NCBI GenBank assembly: GCA_024234615.1
Contig: JACKNY010000001.1
Coordinates: 774,334-838,333 of the forward strand
DNA: 64,000 nucleotides
DNA from: Pseudomonadales bacterium
GTDB lineage: Bacteria; Pseudomonadota; Gammaproteobacteria; Pseudomonadales; IMCC2047
Direction: 5' to 3'
The position numbers were made by a program, and so were the translations under genes. The stretch's first letter is position 1, and every line of letters starts with the position of its first letter. Positions 53,443 through 61,669 of the stretch are shown here, in pieces. Below the pieces are notes generated by a model that ran no database searches, was not told the DNA's origin, and worked only from the letters and a program-made list of their open reading frames with translations.

Positions 53443-54312
53443 ATGCGAATTCGCAAAGCAATCTTCCCAGTAGCGGGCTTAGGCACACGCTTTTTACCTG
53501 CAACGAAAGCCAGCCCTAAAGAGATGCTTGCAGTAGTTGATAAACCCATCATTCAGTATGCGGTAGAAGAAGCGGTAGAGGCTGGAATTACGGAACTGAT
53601 CTTTGTCACAAGTATTACTAAACGGGCCATCGAAGATCATTTTGATACAAACTATGAGCTAGAGGATAAGTTAAAAAAAGCAGGCCAAGAGCGTTTTCTA
53701 GAAGTTGTCCGTAATATCATTCCAAAGCATGTGTCATGTGCCTATATTCGTCAACCGGAAGCACTCGGCTTGGGGCATGCCGTACTCTGCGCCAAGCCGT
53801 TAATAGGCGGAGAACCGTTCGCTGTTCTGTTAGCCGATGATCTTATTTATTCCCCGGGTGTGGGGTGCCTTTCCTCCATGGTGAAAATCGTTGAAGATAT
53901 CCAAAACAGTATCGTGGCGATTGAGCGAGTATCGATTAATGATGTAAAGAAATACGGAATTATTGCATCGGAACCGATGGGAAAACAATTACACCGGTTG
54001 CAAGGCATAGTGGAAAAGCCTGCTCAAGAGGACGCTCCGTCCAATTTGGCTGTGGTTGGCCGTTATGTATTAATGCCAGAAATATTTTCGTTATTAGAGT
54101 CAACTCTGGCTGGCGCCAATGGCGAGATTCAATTAACCGATGCAATTGCAGCGATGATGGCTAAGCAGCAGGTTCTAGCCTATGAGTTTGAGGGTAAGCG
54201 CTATGATTGCGGCAGTAAACTGGGCTATTTAACGGCAACCGTGGAATATGGATTACGGCATCCCGAATTGAGTGAAGAATTCGATGCATACCTTAAGGAA
54301 CGCTATCGTTAG
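53443..54312 (+). CDS. galU: UTP--glucose-1-phosphate uridylyltransferase
   Basis: IFPVAGLGTRFLPATKASPKEMLAVVDKPIIQY signature. Confidence 0.92.
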   Translation: MRIRKAIFPVAGLGTRFLPATKASPKEMLAVVDKPIIQYAVEEAVEAGITELIFVTSITKRAIEDHFDTNYELEDKLKKAGQERFLEVVRNIIPKHVSCAYIRQPEALGLGHAVLCAKPLIGGEPFAVLLADDLIYSPGVGCLSSMVKIVEDIQNSIVAIERVSINDVKKYGIIASEPMGKQLHRLQGIVEKPAQEDAPSNLAVVGRYVLMPEIFSLLESTLAGANGEIQLTDAIAAMMAKQQVLAYEFEGKRYDCGSKLGYLTATVEYGLRHPELSEEFDAYLKERYR

Positions 54313-54339
54313 CCCTCTCGAATTTCACTGTTTTTATGG

Positions 54340-54368
54340 TTGACCTCCATGGCAAACGTCATTAATAT
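54340..54368 (+). promoter_or_regulatory. Predicted promoter of tRNA-Asn
   Basis: TTGACC - 17 nt - TAATAT followed by GC-rich discriminator ACGCGCC. Confidence 0.5.
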
Positions 54369-54388
54369 ACGCGCCTCAGTTGAACTGA

Positions 54389-54464
54389 TCCCCGATAGCT
54401 CAGTTGGTAGAGCAAATGACTGTTAATCATTGGGTCCCAGGTTCGAGTCCTGGTCGGGGAGCCA
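54389..54464 (+). tRNA. tRNA-Asn (anticodon GTT)
   Basis: 76 nt cloverleaf: acceptor TCCCCGA/TCGGGGA, D-arm GCTCAGTTGGTAGAGC, anticodon loop CTGTTAA, GGTTCGAGTCC T-arm, encoded CCA. Confidence 0.95.
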
Positions 54465-54473
54465 ATATTTGTG

Positions 54474-54502
54474 AAAGCCAGCAATTTATTGCTGGCTTTT
54501 TT
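54474..54502 (+). terminator. Rho-independent terminator after tRNA-Asn
   Basis: AAAGCCAGCAA-ttta-TTGCTGGCTTTTTT. Confidence 0.75.
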
Positions 54503-54598
54503 GCTTTCTATCAGGGCAAAATCTTCCCCTCTAAAAAATAAATCAGATCACAATATAATCGTCTGATTTGCCACCGAAGTTAGAAGAGAGCAATTTTA

Positions 54599-56611
54599 GT
54601 GCACCCCTTGCAAGTCGTTTCTAAATTTCAAGCTGCAGGCGATCAACCGGAAGCTATTGAAAAATTATACCAGGGGATTGAGGCTGGTTTGGCCTATCAA
54701 ACCCTACTTGGTGTGACGGGTTCTGGAAAGACTTTTACAATTGCCAATCTTATCGAACGTACGCAGCGGCCAACGCTCGTACTGGCACCCAATAAAACTT
54801 TGGCAGCGCAGCTCTATGGTGAATTTAAGGAATTTTTTCCTCACAATTCAGTGGAGTATTTTGTTTCTTATTACGACTATTACCAGCCTGAAGCCTATGT
54901 GCCCGCATCTGATACTTTTATTGAGAAGGATGCTTCGGTCAATGAGCATATCGAACAAATGCGCCTCTCGGCGACTAAGGCCTTATTAGAACGCCCGGAT
55001 ACCATTATTGTTGCCACGGTCTCTGCAATTTATGGCTTAGGTGATCCTACAGCGTATTTAAATATGGTGATACATTTGGATCGAGGTGACCGCGTCGATC
55101 AGCGTTTTATTTTACGGCGTTTGGCAGAACTACAATATCGACGTAACGATGTTGAATTCCATCGGGCGAGTTATCGAGTCAGGGGTGACGTGATTGATGT
55201 CTATCCTGCCGAATCAGATAGAGAAGCCGTACGCATTGAATTATTTGATGATGTGATTGAGTCCATTGCTATGTTTGACCCCTTGACTGGGGAAATTTTG
55301 CAGCGAATTCCACGTGTTACCATCTATCCCAAAACCCATTACGTGACGCCACGTGAAACGCTCCTCGACGCTGTTGGTAAGATAAAAGAGGAATTGACGG
55401 AGCGGCTTGCCCAGCTTAGGAGTAACAATAAGTTGGTGGAGGCGCAACGTTTAGAGCAGCGTACCAATTTTGATGTAGAAATGATCTTAGAGCTGGGTTA
55501 TTGCACGGGAATTGAAAATTATTCACGCTATTTATCCGGTCGAGCCGAAGGGGAATCTCCGCCGACTCTGTTCGACTATTTACCCGCTAACGGGCTATTA
55601 GTCGTAGATGAGTCTCACGTGACCATCCCCCAACTGGGTGCAATGTATAAGGGTGACCGGTCGCGCAAGGAAACACTGGTTGAATATGGTTTCCGGTTAC
55701 CCTCGGCGTTGGATAATAGGCCCATGCGTTTTGAGGAGTGGGAAGGAAGCGCGCCGCAAACGATTTTTGTTTCCGCTACGCCCGGCACCTATGAGTCTGA
55801 TCATGCTGGCCAGGTAGTAGAGCAAGTGGTTAGGCCTACAGGATTAATAGATCCGGCTATTGAGGTGAGACCTGCATCGACCCAGGTGGATGATTTGATG
55901 TCAGAGATTAATCGGCGTACCGCCTGCGGTGAACGTGTTTTAGTCACAGTTTTGACGAAACGAATGGCAGAGGATTTGACGGAGTTCTATGCAGAGCATG
56001 GCGTAAAGGTGCGCTACCTGCACTCAGATATTGATACGGTCGAGAGAGTTGAAATTATTCGGGATTTGAGAATTGGTGAGTTTGATGTTCTGGTTGGAAT
56101 CAACTTGCTAAGAGAGGGGCTGGATATTCCTGAGGTATCATTGGTCGCTATTTTGGACGCCGATAAAGAGGGGTTTTTACGCTCCGAGCGATCTTTGATA
56201 CAAACCATCGGCCGGGCGGCGCGCAATCTTAATGGATCGGCAATTCTTTATGCGGATAAAATTACCGGATCAATGCAAAGGGCGATGGACGAGACTGAAC
56301 GACGTCGTAATAAACAAAGAGCATTTAATGAGACGCATGGGATCACGCCCCAGGGTATCATAAAGTCGGTGGAAGATATTTTAGAGGGTGCACATACACC
56401 CGGCGGTAAATCACGAGGCGCTGCCAAGCGAGTTGCAGAAACCACGGTGAGCTATCGGGTTAATTATGAAAAGATGTCGCCAAAGGAGCTGGGTAAACTG
56501 ATTGGCCAATTAGAAGACAAGATGTATGAAGCTGCGAAAAACCTCGAATTTGAGCAGGCAGCCAAATATAGGGATGAAATTTCAGAAATACATTCTGCAT
56601 TACTTGGGTGA
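54599..56611 (+). CDS. uvrB: Excinuclease ABC subunit B
   Basis: GTG start; [15 protein letters not shown] Walker A, DESH, C-terminal UVR domain ([13 protein letters not shown]). Confidence 0.97.
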   Translation: MHPLQVVSKFQAAGDQPEAIEKLYQGIEAGLAYQTLLGVTGSGKTFTIANLIERTQRPTLVLAPNKTLAAQLYGEFKEFFPHNSVEYFVSYYDYYQPEAYVPASDTFIEKDASVNEHIEQMRLSATKALLERPDTIIVATVSAIYGLGDPTAYLNMVIHLDRGDRVDQRFILRRLAELQYRRNDVEFHRASYRVRGDVIDVYPAESDREAVRIELFDDVIESIAMFDPLTGEILQRIPRVTIYPKTHYVTPRETLLDAVGKIKEELTERLAQLRSNNKLVEAQRLEQRTNFDVEMILELGYCTGIENYSRYLSGRAEGESPPTLFDYLPANGLLVVDESHVTIPQLGAMYKGDRSRKETLVEYGFRLPSALDNRPMRFEEWEGSAPQTIFVSATPGTYESDHAGQVVEQVVRPTGLIDPAIEVRPASTQVDDLMSEINRRTACGERVLVTVLTKRMAEDLTEFYAEHGVKVRYLHSDIDTVERVEIIRDLRIGEFDVLVGINLLREGLDIPEVSLVAILDADKEGFLRSERSLIQTIGRAARNLNGSAILYADKITGSMQRAMDETERRRNKQRAFNETHGITPQGIIKSVEDILEGAHTPGGKSRGAAKRVAETTVSYRVNYEKMSPKELGKLIGQLEDKMYEAAKNLEFEQAAKYRDEISEIHSALLG

Positions 56612-56710
56612 TTATCTGATCTAGACTAAAGTTACTAGAGCTCTGAAAAATCGTGAAGCAGCGAAGATGCCTGCAATGCCAGGTTAATAAGTTAAGGGAG
56701 TATAAAGTTA

Positions 56711-57718
56711 GTGAGAGTATTGGTTACCGGCTCAGCAGGATTTATAGGCTCAGCACTTTCAGCACGCTTGTTGGCGCGTGGTGATGAGGTTATCGGTGTT
56801 GATAATCTGAATAATTATTATGATGTCAGCCTCAAACAGGCCCGTTTGGCGCGGCTATTAGATCATGCAGGTTTTCACGAAGAACGTATTGATATCGAAG
56901 ATCAGGAGGCGATGTCCGTAGTGTTCAAAAAATACCAGCCACAGCGTGTCGTCAATCTTGCTGCGCAGGCCGGTGTTCGTTACTCACTCATTAACCCGCA
57001 TGCCTATATATCCTCGAACATTATGGGTTTTATGAATGTACTTGAAGGTTGTCGCCACCACGGTGTTGAGCACCTAGTTTATGCTTCCAGTAGTTCTGTC
57101 TATGGCTCAAATACTAAGATGCCATTTTCTGTAGCAGACAATGTGGATCATCCTGTGAGCCTCTATGCGGCAAGTAAAAAAGCCAATGAGTTGATGGCGC
57201 ATACCTATAGTCACCTTTACCAGTTGCCTACAGCGGGCCTGCGCTTTTTTACGGTCTATGGCCCCTGGGGGCGACCTGATATGGCGCTCTTTATTTTCAC
57301 CCGAAAGATCTTAGCGGGCGAACCAATTGATGTTTTTAACTTTGGGCATCATCGACGCGATTTTACCTATGTCGATGATATTGTTGAAGGCGTTATCCGT
57401 ACTCTCGACAAGGTCGCAGAGCCTAATTCCGCCTGGAATGGTGATGCACCTGATTCGGCTACCAGTATTTCACCTTACCGCTTATACAATATTGGTAGTA
57501 ATAACCCGATCGAATTGCTGCGCTATATAGAGGTTTTGGAAGACTGTTTGGGCAAGAAAGCGGAAAAAAATCTGTTACCGCTACAGCCGGGTGACGTGCC
57601 TGATACCTATGCCAATGTTGATGCGCTAGTTCAGGATGTCGGTTATAAACCGTCGACACCAATCGAGCAAGGCATCGCTAATTTTGTAGAATGGTATCGA
57701 GAATATTACCATTGTTGA
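56711..57718 (+). CDS. NAD-dependent nucleotide-sugar epimerase (UDP-glucuronate 4-epimerase-like)
   Basis: GTG start; [23 protein letters not shown] catalytic triad context. Confidence 0.88.
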   Translation: MRVLVTGSAGFIGSALSARLLARGDEVIGVDNLNNYYDVSLKQARLARLLDHAGFHEERIDIEDQEAMSVVFKKYQPQRVVNLAAQAGVRYSLINPHAYISSNIMGFMNVLEGCRHHGVEHLVYASSSSVYGSNTKMPFSVADNVDHPVSLYAASKKANELMAHTYSHLYQLPTAGLRFFTVYGPWGRPDMALFIFTRKILAGEPIDVFNFGHHRRDFTYVDDIVEGVIRTLDKVAEPNSAWNGDAPDSATSISPYRLYNIGSNNPIELLRYIEVLEDCLGKKAEKNLLPLQPGDVPDTYANVDALVQDVGYKPSTPIEQGIANFVEWYREYYHC

Positions 57719-57835
57719 ATAGGCCTGAACCGTATCTGCTCAGGCTTTGTTCCACAAGATCAATAATACCGCGAGATTGTATCTATTTTAGCTTGAGCAA
57801 GTGCCGCTCTGGTGGTATCTTACGCAGCTCGAATT

Positions 57836-57912
57836 AGGCGCGTAGCTCAGTTGGTTAGAGCACCACCTTGACATGGTGGGGGTCGTTGGTTCAACTCCAA
57901 TCGCGCCTACCA
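57836..57912 (+). tRNA. tRNA-Val (anticodon GAC)
   Basis: 77 nt; near-identical core to E. coli tRNA-Val(GAC): TAGCTCAGTTGGTTAGAGCACCACCTTGACATGGTGGGGGTC; acceptor AGGCGCG/CGCGCCT, encoded CCA. Confidence 0.95.
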
Positions 57913-57936
57913 ATTCGCTCAGTATATACTTGCATA

Positions 57937-57976
57937 ACCCGCAGTGGGCCAGCACTCTTAGCCGGTAATTCTCAAA
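57937..57976. repeat. 40-bp relic matching the 3' end of the ISL3 transposase gene (direct repeat of 58040-58079, 38/40 identical)
   Basis: ACCCGCAGTGGGCCAGCACTCTTAgcCGGTAATTCTCAAA vs ...TTAatCGG...; lies outside the IS, between tRNA-Val and IRL. Confidence 0.8.
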
Positions 57977-57981
57977 AAGCC

Positions 57982-59280
57982 GGCTCTACCCCATTATCGG
58001 GGGATAGCACTCATCAAACCCGGTTGATAATACCATCCCACCCGCAGTGGGCCAGCACTCTTAATCGGTAATTCTCAAAGTTTCTAAAACCATACGCTCG
58101 TCTCGAGATCATTTCCATCTTGTTGTGAAAACCTTCCGTTATTCCATTGCTTTTACTGAATCGCCACATGGCAATGATCGGCCCCATCCAAGACTTTAAT
58201 GTCCGAGCCAACGCCCGTAAGGGGCTGTCTTGTAGTTGTTCTAGAAGCTTCACATAGCGCGGTAATTTCTTTTTTGCTCGTTGAGCGGTTAGCGTTTTCA
58301 AAAGCATCAAACGAATCAGTTTTTGTTTGACGACATACAGCGTTTGTAAAACCGGATATTCAGCGAGATAAACCATAAGGTTTGCGTGTTGCTCATCGCT
58401 TAAATGCCATTGATGCCGGCGCATCAGACTGATTAATCCGCGGTTCTTTCGGCCCTCTGGATCGTATTGTTGCCACACCTTTAAGAAGTGTTGATTGATT
58501 AGTCTTACAACGTGAAACCGGTCGGCCACAATGGTTGCTTCGGGGAAGTAACGTTTGGCAATACGGCGATAGGTTTCGGACATATCCATTACCACCACCT
58601 GCACCTTATCGCGCCCCTCCAGTGCCCGTAAGTAGCGGCGTAAGCTGGATTCTGATCGTCCCAGCTTCACATCGAACACCTTGTGATTCTTCAGATCCAC
58701 GAAGGTGGTCGCGTAGCCTTGCTTGCGGGTAAAAAAGTGTTCATCAATGCCTAACACCCGAGGACAGGGCCGATGGCTCATCTCGGAGCACTTCTGGCCA
58801 ATATGGTGCTGATACCACCGCTCAACCGTCGCCGGACTGATATGGTGTGTTCGGGACAGTTTTCGCTGAGTAATACCACCATCATGCGCTTCAAAAACTT
58901 CCAGCCGATAGGCTTCAGACGCACGAAAACGAGGGCGAATTCCGGGAAAGGCATGACGGAAGTATCTACCACAACACGGACAATGGTATTTGGGCACCCG
59001 CAGGTGCAAGGTCATCACCTGATTGCCCAGGCGCGTGTGCTTAATAGTTCGGTGGTGGGTAGCTTTAATCTTCAAATGATTGCCGTGGCAATAGGTACAG
59101 GGCGGTCTGCGGATGGGCTTTGCCCACACCTCTATGCCTTGATTTCGGGCTACCCGTTCAATCTCTAGGCCAGGTAGGCCTATAATGTTTCCTGCGTGGG
59201 ACATCGGTGTTCTCCATTAAATTGATTGTCGCAAAATCAGTTTAATGAATGCCGGTGTCCCCCGTTAATGATGAAGAGCC
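57982..59280 (-). mobile_element. Intact ISL3-family insertion sequence (1299 bp) with terminal IRs and 8-bp target-site duplication
   Basis: IRL GGCTCTACCCCATTATCGGGGGATAGC (57982-) vs IRR(rc) GGCTCTTCATCATTAACGGGGGACACC (-59280), 21/27 identical; flanked by AAAAAGCC at 57974-57981 and 59281-59288. Confidence 0.9.
58014..59204 (-). CDS. ISL3 family transposase
   Basis: 396 aa; N-terminal zinc-finger (CTYCHG...CPCCGRYF), DDE_Tnp_ISL3 core, C-terminal ..FRNFENYRLRVLAHCGW. Confidence 0.92.
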   Translation of the reverse strand: MSHAGNIIGLPGLEIERVARNQGIEVWAKPIRRPPCTYCHGNHLKIKATHHRTIKHTRLGNQVMTLHLRVPKYHCPCCGRYFRHAFPGIRPRFRASEAYRLEVFEAHDGGITQRKLSRTHHISPATVERWYQHHIGQKCSEMSHRPCPRVLGIDEHFFTRKQGYATTFVDLKNHKVFDVKLGRSESSLRRYLRALEGRDKVQVVVMDMSETYRRIAKRYFPEATIVADRFHVVRLINQHFLKVWQQYDPEGRKNRGLISLMRRHQWHLSDEQHANLMVYLAEYPVLQTLYVVKQKLIRLMLLKTLTAQRAKKKLPRYVKLLEQLQDSPLRALARTLKSWMGPIIAMWRFSKSNGITEGFHNKMEMISRRAYGFRNFENYRLRVLAHCGWDGIINRV

Positions 59281-59305
59281 AAAAAGCCCCGTTGTATCAG
59301 ACTAA

Positions 59306-60214
59306 CTAACTGTTGACGGTGAGGTTGGCACTAAAAAATTGGGTGTTTTTCTGAATCATCTGCTCAAGCTCAAGGTAGGACTCTTCAACACTTTTGCCAG
59401 AGGTATCAAGAACCGCACTGGCTTTTTTATAAAAGGGTCGCCGCTCTGACAGTATTTGTCGTAAATCGGCCATTGCCTCTTTGTTGTTGGCCATGGGTCG
59501 CATGTCGCCTTGATTGATTACTCTTTGCATATGCTCTTCTGGTGTTGCTTTAACCCAGACGACAAAGCAGCTGGTTAGCAGGATATTCAATGCCTTGGGT
59601 TCTGAAACGATGCTGCCACCGGTTTCAATACAACAGCTTTGGTATTCATCCAGGGTATTAATTAGCGCGCGTTCTTCTAAGCGCTGATAGCCGGATTGAC
59701 CTGAGAGAGAAAATATTTCAGAGATGCTCATGCCCGCCAGCTTTTCGACTTCATCCACCAACTTTATAAAGGGATGATTGGATCGTTGTTCGAGTAGTTT
59801 TCCTAAGGTGGTTTTGCCAGCCCCCCGTAAGCCGATTAGGACGACTCTTTTCTGCGCACCGCTGCGCACTGTGAATTTTTCATACAATAGTTGCAGCGCT
59901 GCCTGTTGCTCCATAGGGGGCAGCTCGCTGACAAATTGTGTAATAAGGGAAAGTTCTGGGCTCCGTTGGGCATTTGAACTGACCAGATCGGAAACCTCGG
60001 TGTTTAGTGCACCAGCAATTTGTCGAAGTAGACTAATGGATATGTTGCCGTTGCCCTGTTCCAGATTCGCGAGATAGCGCTCGGATACCCCTGAGTCATG
60101 GGCCAGATTCTTTCGCGTCATGCCGCGACGGGCACGTAAACTTCGTACTTTATCACCCACTTGCAACAAAAACTGGTCAGCGCTTTGTTTGATTGATTGA
60201 GCTTTCTTATTCAT
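59306..60214 (-). CDS. boxR: BoxR/BzdR-type transcriptional regulator (XRE-family HTH fused to shikimate-kinase-like domain)
   Basis: N-terminal HTH (MTRKNLAHDSGVSERYLANLEQGNGNISISLLRQIAGAL) + C-terminal P-loop LIGLRGAGKTTLGKLL; adjacent to boxCB. Confidence 0.8.
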   Translation of the reverse strand: MNKKAQSIKQSADQFLLQVGDKVRSLRARRGMTRKNLAHDSGVSERYLANLEQGNGNISISLLRQIAGALNTEVSDLVSSNAQRSPELSLITQFVSELPPMEQQAALQLLYEKFTVRSGAQKRVVLIGLRGAGKTTLGKLLEQRSNHPFIKLVDEVEKLAGMSISEIFSLSGQSGYQRLEERALINTLDEYQSCCIETGGSIVSEPKALNILLTSCFVVWVKATPEEHMQRVINQGDMRPMANNKEAMADLRQILSERRPFYKKASAVLDTSGKSVEESYLELEQMIQKNTQFFSANLTVNS

Positions 60215-60281
60215 GAAGACGGTGTCTTATTGTTGTTAGCCGGGTGCTGGTTTGGAAAACGAAAAGCTGGAACGCAGCTCG

Positions 60282-60779
60282 TTATTTGGCAGTGCGGGTA
60301 AATTCAATTTCGCCATTAGGCAAGAGGTAAAGTACCAGCGCCTTGCCTTCAGTGACAGTAGGGCTATGAGAGCTATCCGGACCGTAAACTAGCCATCCGG
60401 CACCACGGTTATCAAACTTAGCGTTATTGTCTATCGGCATAATGAGGTCAATTTCACCCAGAGGATGGCGGTGGTGCGGGCCTTTCACATCATGCATTTC
60501 TACCAGATCAACACTATAACCGGCTAACTCGGGAGTTGGCTTAATCACACGGCCATATTTGATTCCACCTGCTTCATGCTGACACATGGCTCCAGCGGCA
60601 ATACCTGCATGACAAGCATCCACAATGGCAGCAAATAATTTACTACTTGGAGAAAATTCGTTATTGAGTTGTTGCTCCAATGACTTATTTAGGGCTTGGC
60701 CGGTAATCAGGTTAGTTACGTTCTGTAGTAAAGATTGAAATTCTGCGATAGAGAAATTGCTCACGATAAATAACCTCAT
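60282..60779 (-). CDS. Uncharacterised cupin-like protein (possibly DUF4863 family; unverified)
   Basis: 165 aa; HRHPLGE (HxHxxxE) cupin-type metal motif followed by beta-rich C-terminus; 67 nt upstream of boxR on same strand. Confidence 0.6.
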   Translation of the reverse strand: MRLFIVSNFSIAEFQSLLQNVTNLITGQALNKSLEQQLNNEFSPSSKLFAAIVDACHAGIAAGAMCQHEAGGIKYGRVIKPTPELAGYSVDLVEMHDVKGPHHRHPLGEIDLIMPIDNNAKFDNRGAGWLVYGPDSSHSPTVTEGKALVLYLLPNGEIEFTRTAK

Positions 60780-60966
60780 GAAATGTTGGACAGCATTTTT
60801 GTCGAGCAGTGATATTTATGGGGCACTCATAAGAGTGCCGATATAAAACTAAGTGATGTAATATAATTCATTTAAACATGAACTACAACGTAGGTGAGAT
60901 TATGCCTATACCGCTAATAAGTTGTGGTAGTCTTCTCCTCTTTTAGTACTAATTTGGGTCATTCTT

Positions 60967-61440
60967 ATGCATCGAACGGAAGTTTTTGAAACAATCCCTT
61001 TTACTCACTTTCGCACAATTCCCTTTGGTGATACTGACGCTGCCGCCATTGTCTATACCCCGCGCTTTGTCGACTATTGTATGGAAGCGATTGAAGTCTG
61101 GTTCAAACAATATATCGGTATCGATTGGTATTGGATCAACGTGCGTGACCAAAGAGGTACCCCGGTAGTTCATTTAGAGCTTGATTTTACCGGCCCGCTG
61201 ATTGGTGGTGATGAATTGGGGATTACGCTTGAAGTGGGTGAAATCGGGCGGTCAACGTTAACCTTAAAGCTTGTAGGTTCACGAGGGCCGAGTCAGGGCG
61301 GGGGCGGTAGTTCGGTTTTTAATGCCAAGTTTGTATTTTGTTTTGTTGATACGAGTGAGAATAAATCGATTCCCATCCCTGTAGAATCTTTGGAGAAAAT
61401 TCACGCATATAAAAACGTAATGCAGGCTGAGGCTGGTTAG
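60967..61440 (+). CDS. 4HBT-type hotdog thioesterase of the box cluster (putative benzoyl-CoA thioesterase)
   Basis: IPFGDTDAAAIVYTPRF catalytic-Asp motif; paralogous in layout to 30320-30787; upstream of boxC. Confidence 0.7.
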   Translation: MHRTEVFETIPFTHFRTIPFGDTDAAAIVYTPRFVDYCMEAIEVWFKQYIGIDWYWINVRDQRGTPVVHLELDFTGPLIGGDELGITLEVGEIGRSTLTLKLVGSRGPSQGGGGSSVFNAKFVFCFVDTSENKSIPIPVESLEKIHAYKNVMQAEAG

Positions 61441-61669
61441 CCAAATTAGCATAAATAGCTTCGGGGTTATATTGGTAAATATTGATATCGAATCATTTCG
61501 ATGGATCAGAGTATTTTCAAAATTGCAAGAGCAAGCGTCAACTAAAACGCAAGATAATGCTAGACTTTTATTTGAAATGAAATATAATGCTGTGAATTAT
61601 CTTATTATGTAATATATTACACTTTAGCTTTGGCCAGATTTGAACCGACATCGAAAGGGGATTATTAGC

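Noticed and set aside
57868-58071. 67-aa ORF spanning the 3' half of tRNA-Val, the IS relic and IRL.
   Set aside because: It is an artefact that runs through a tRNA gene and an IS terminus. Its internal repeat merely reflects the 40-bp duplicated DNA.
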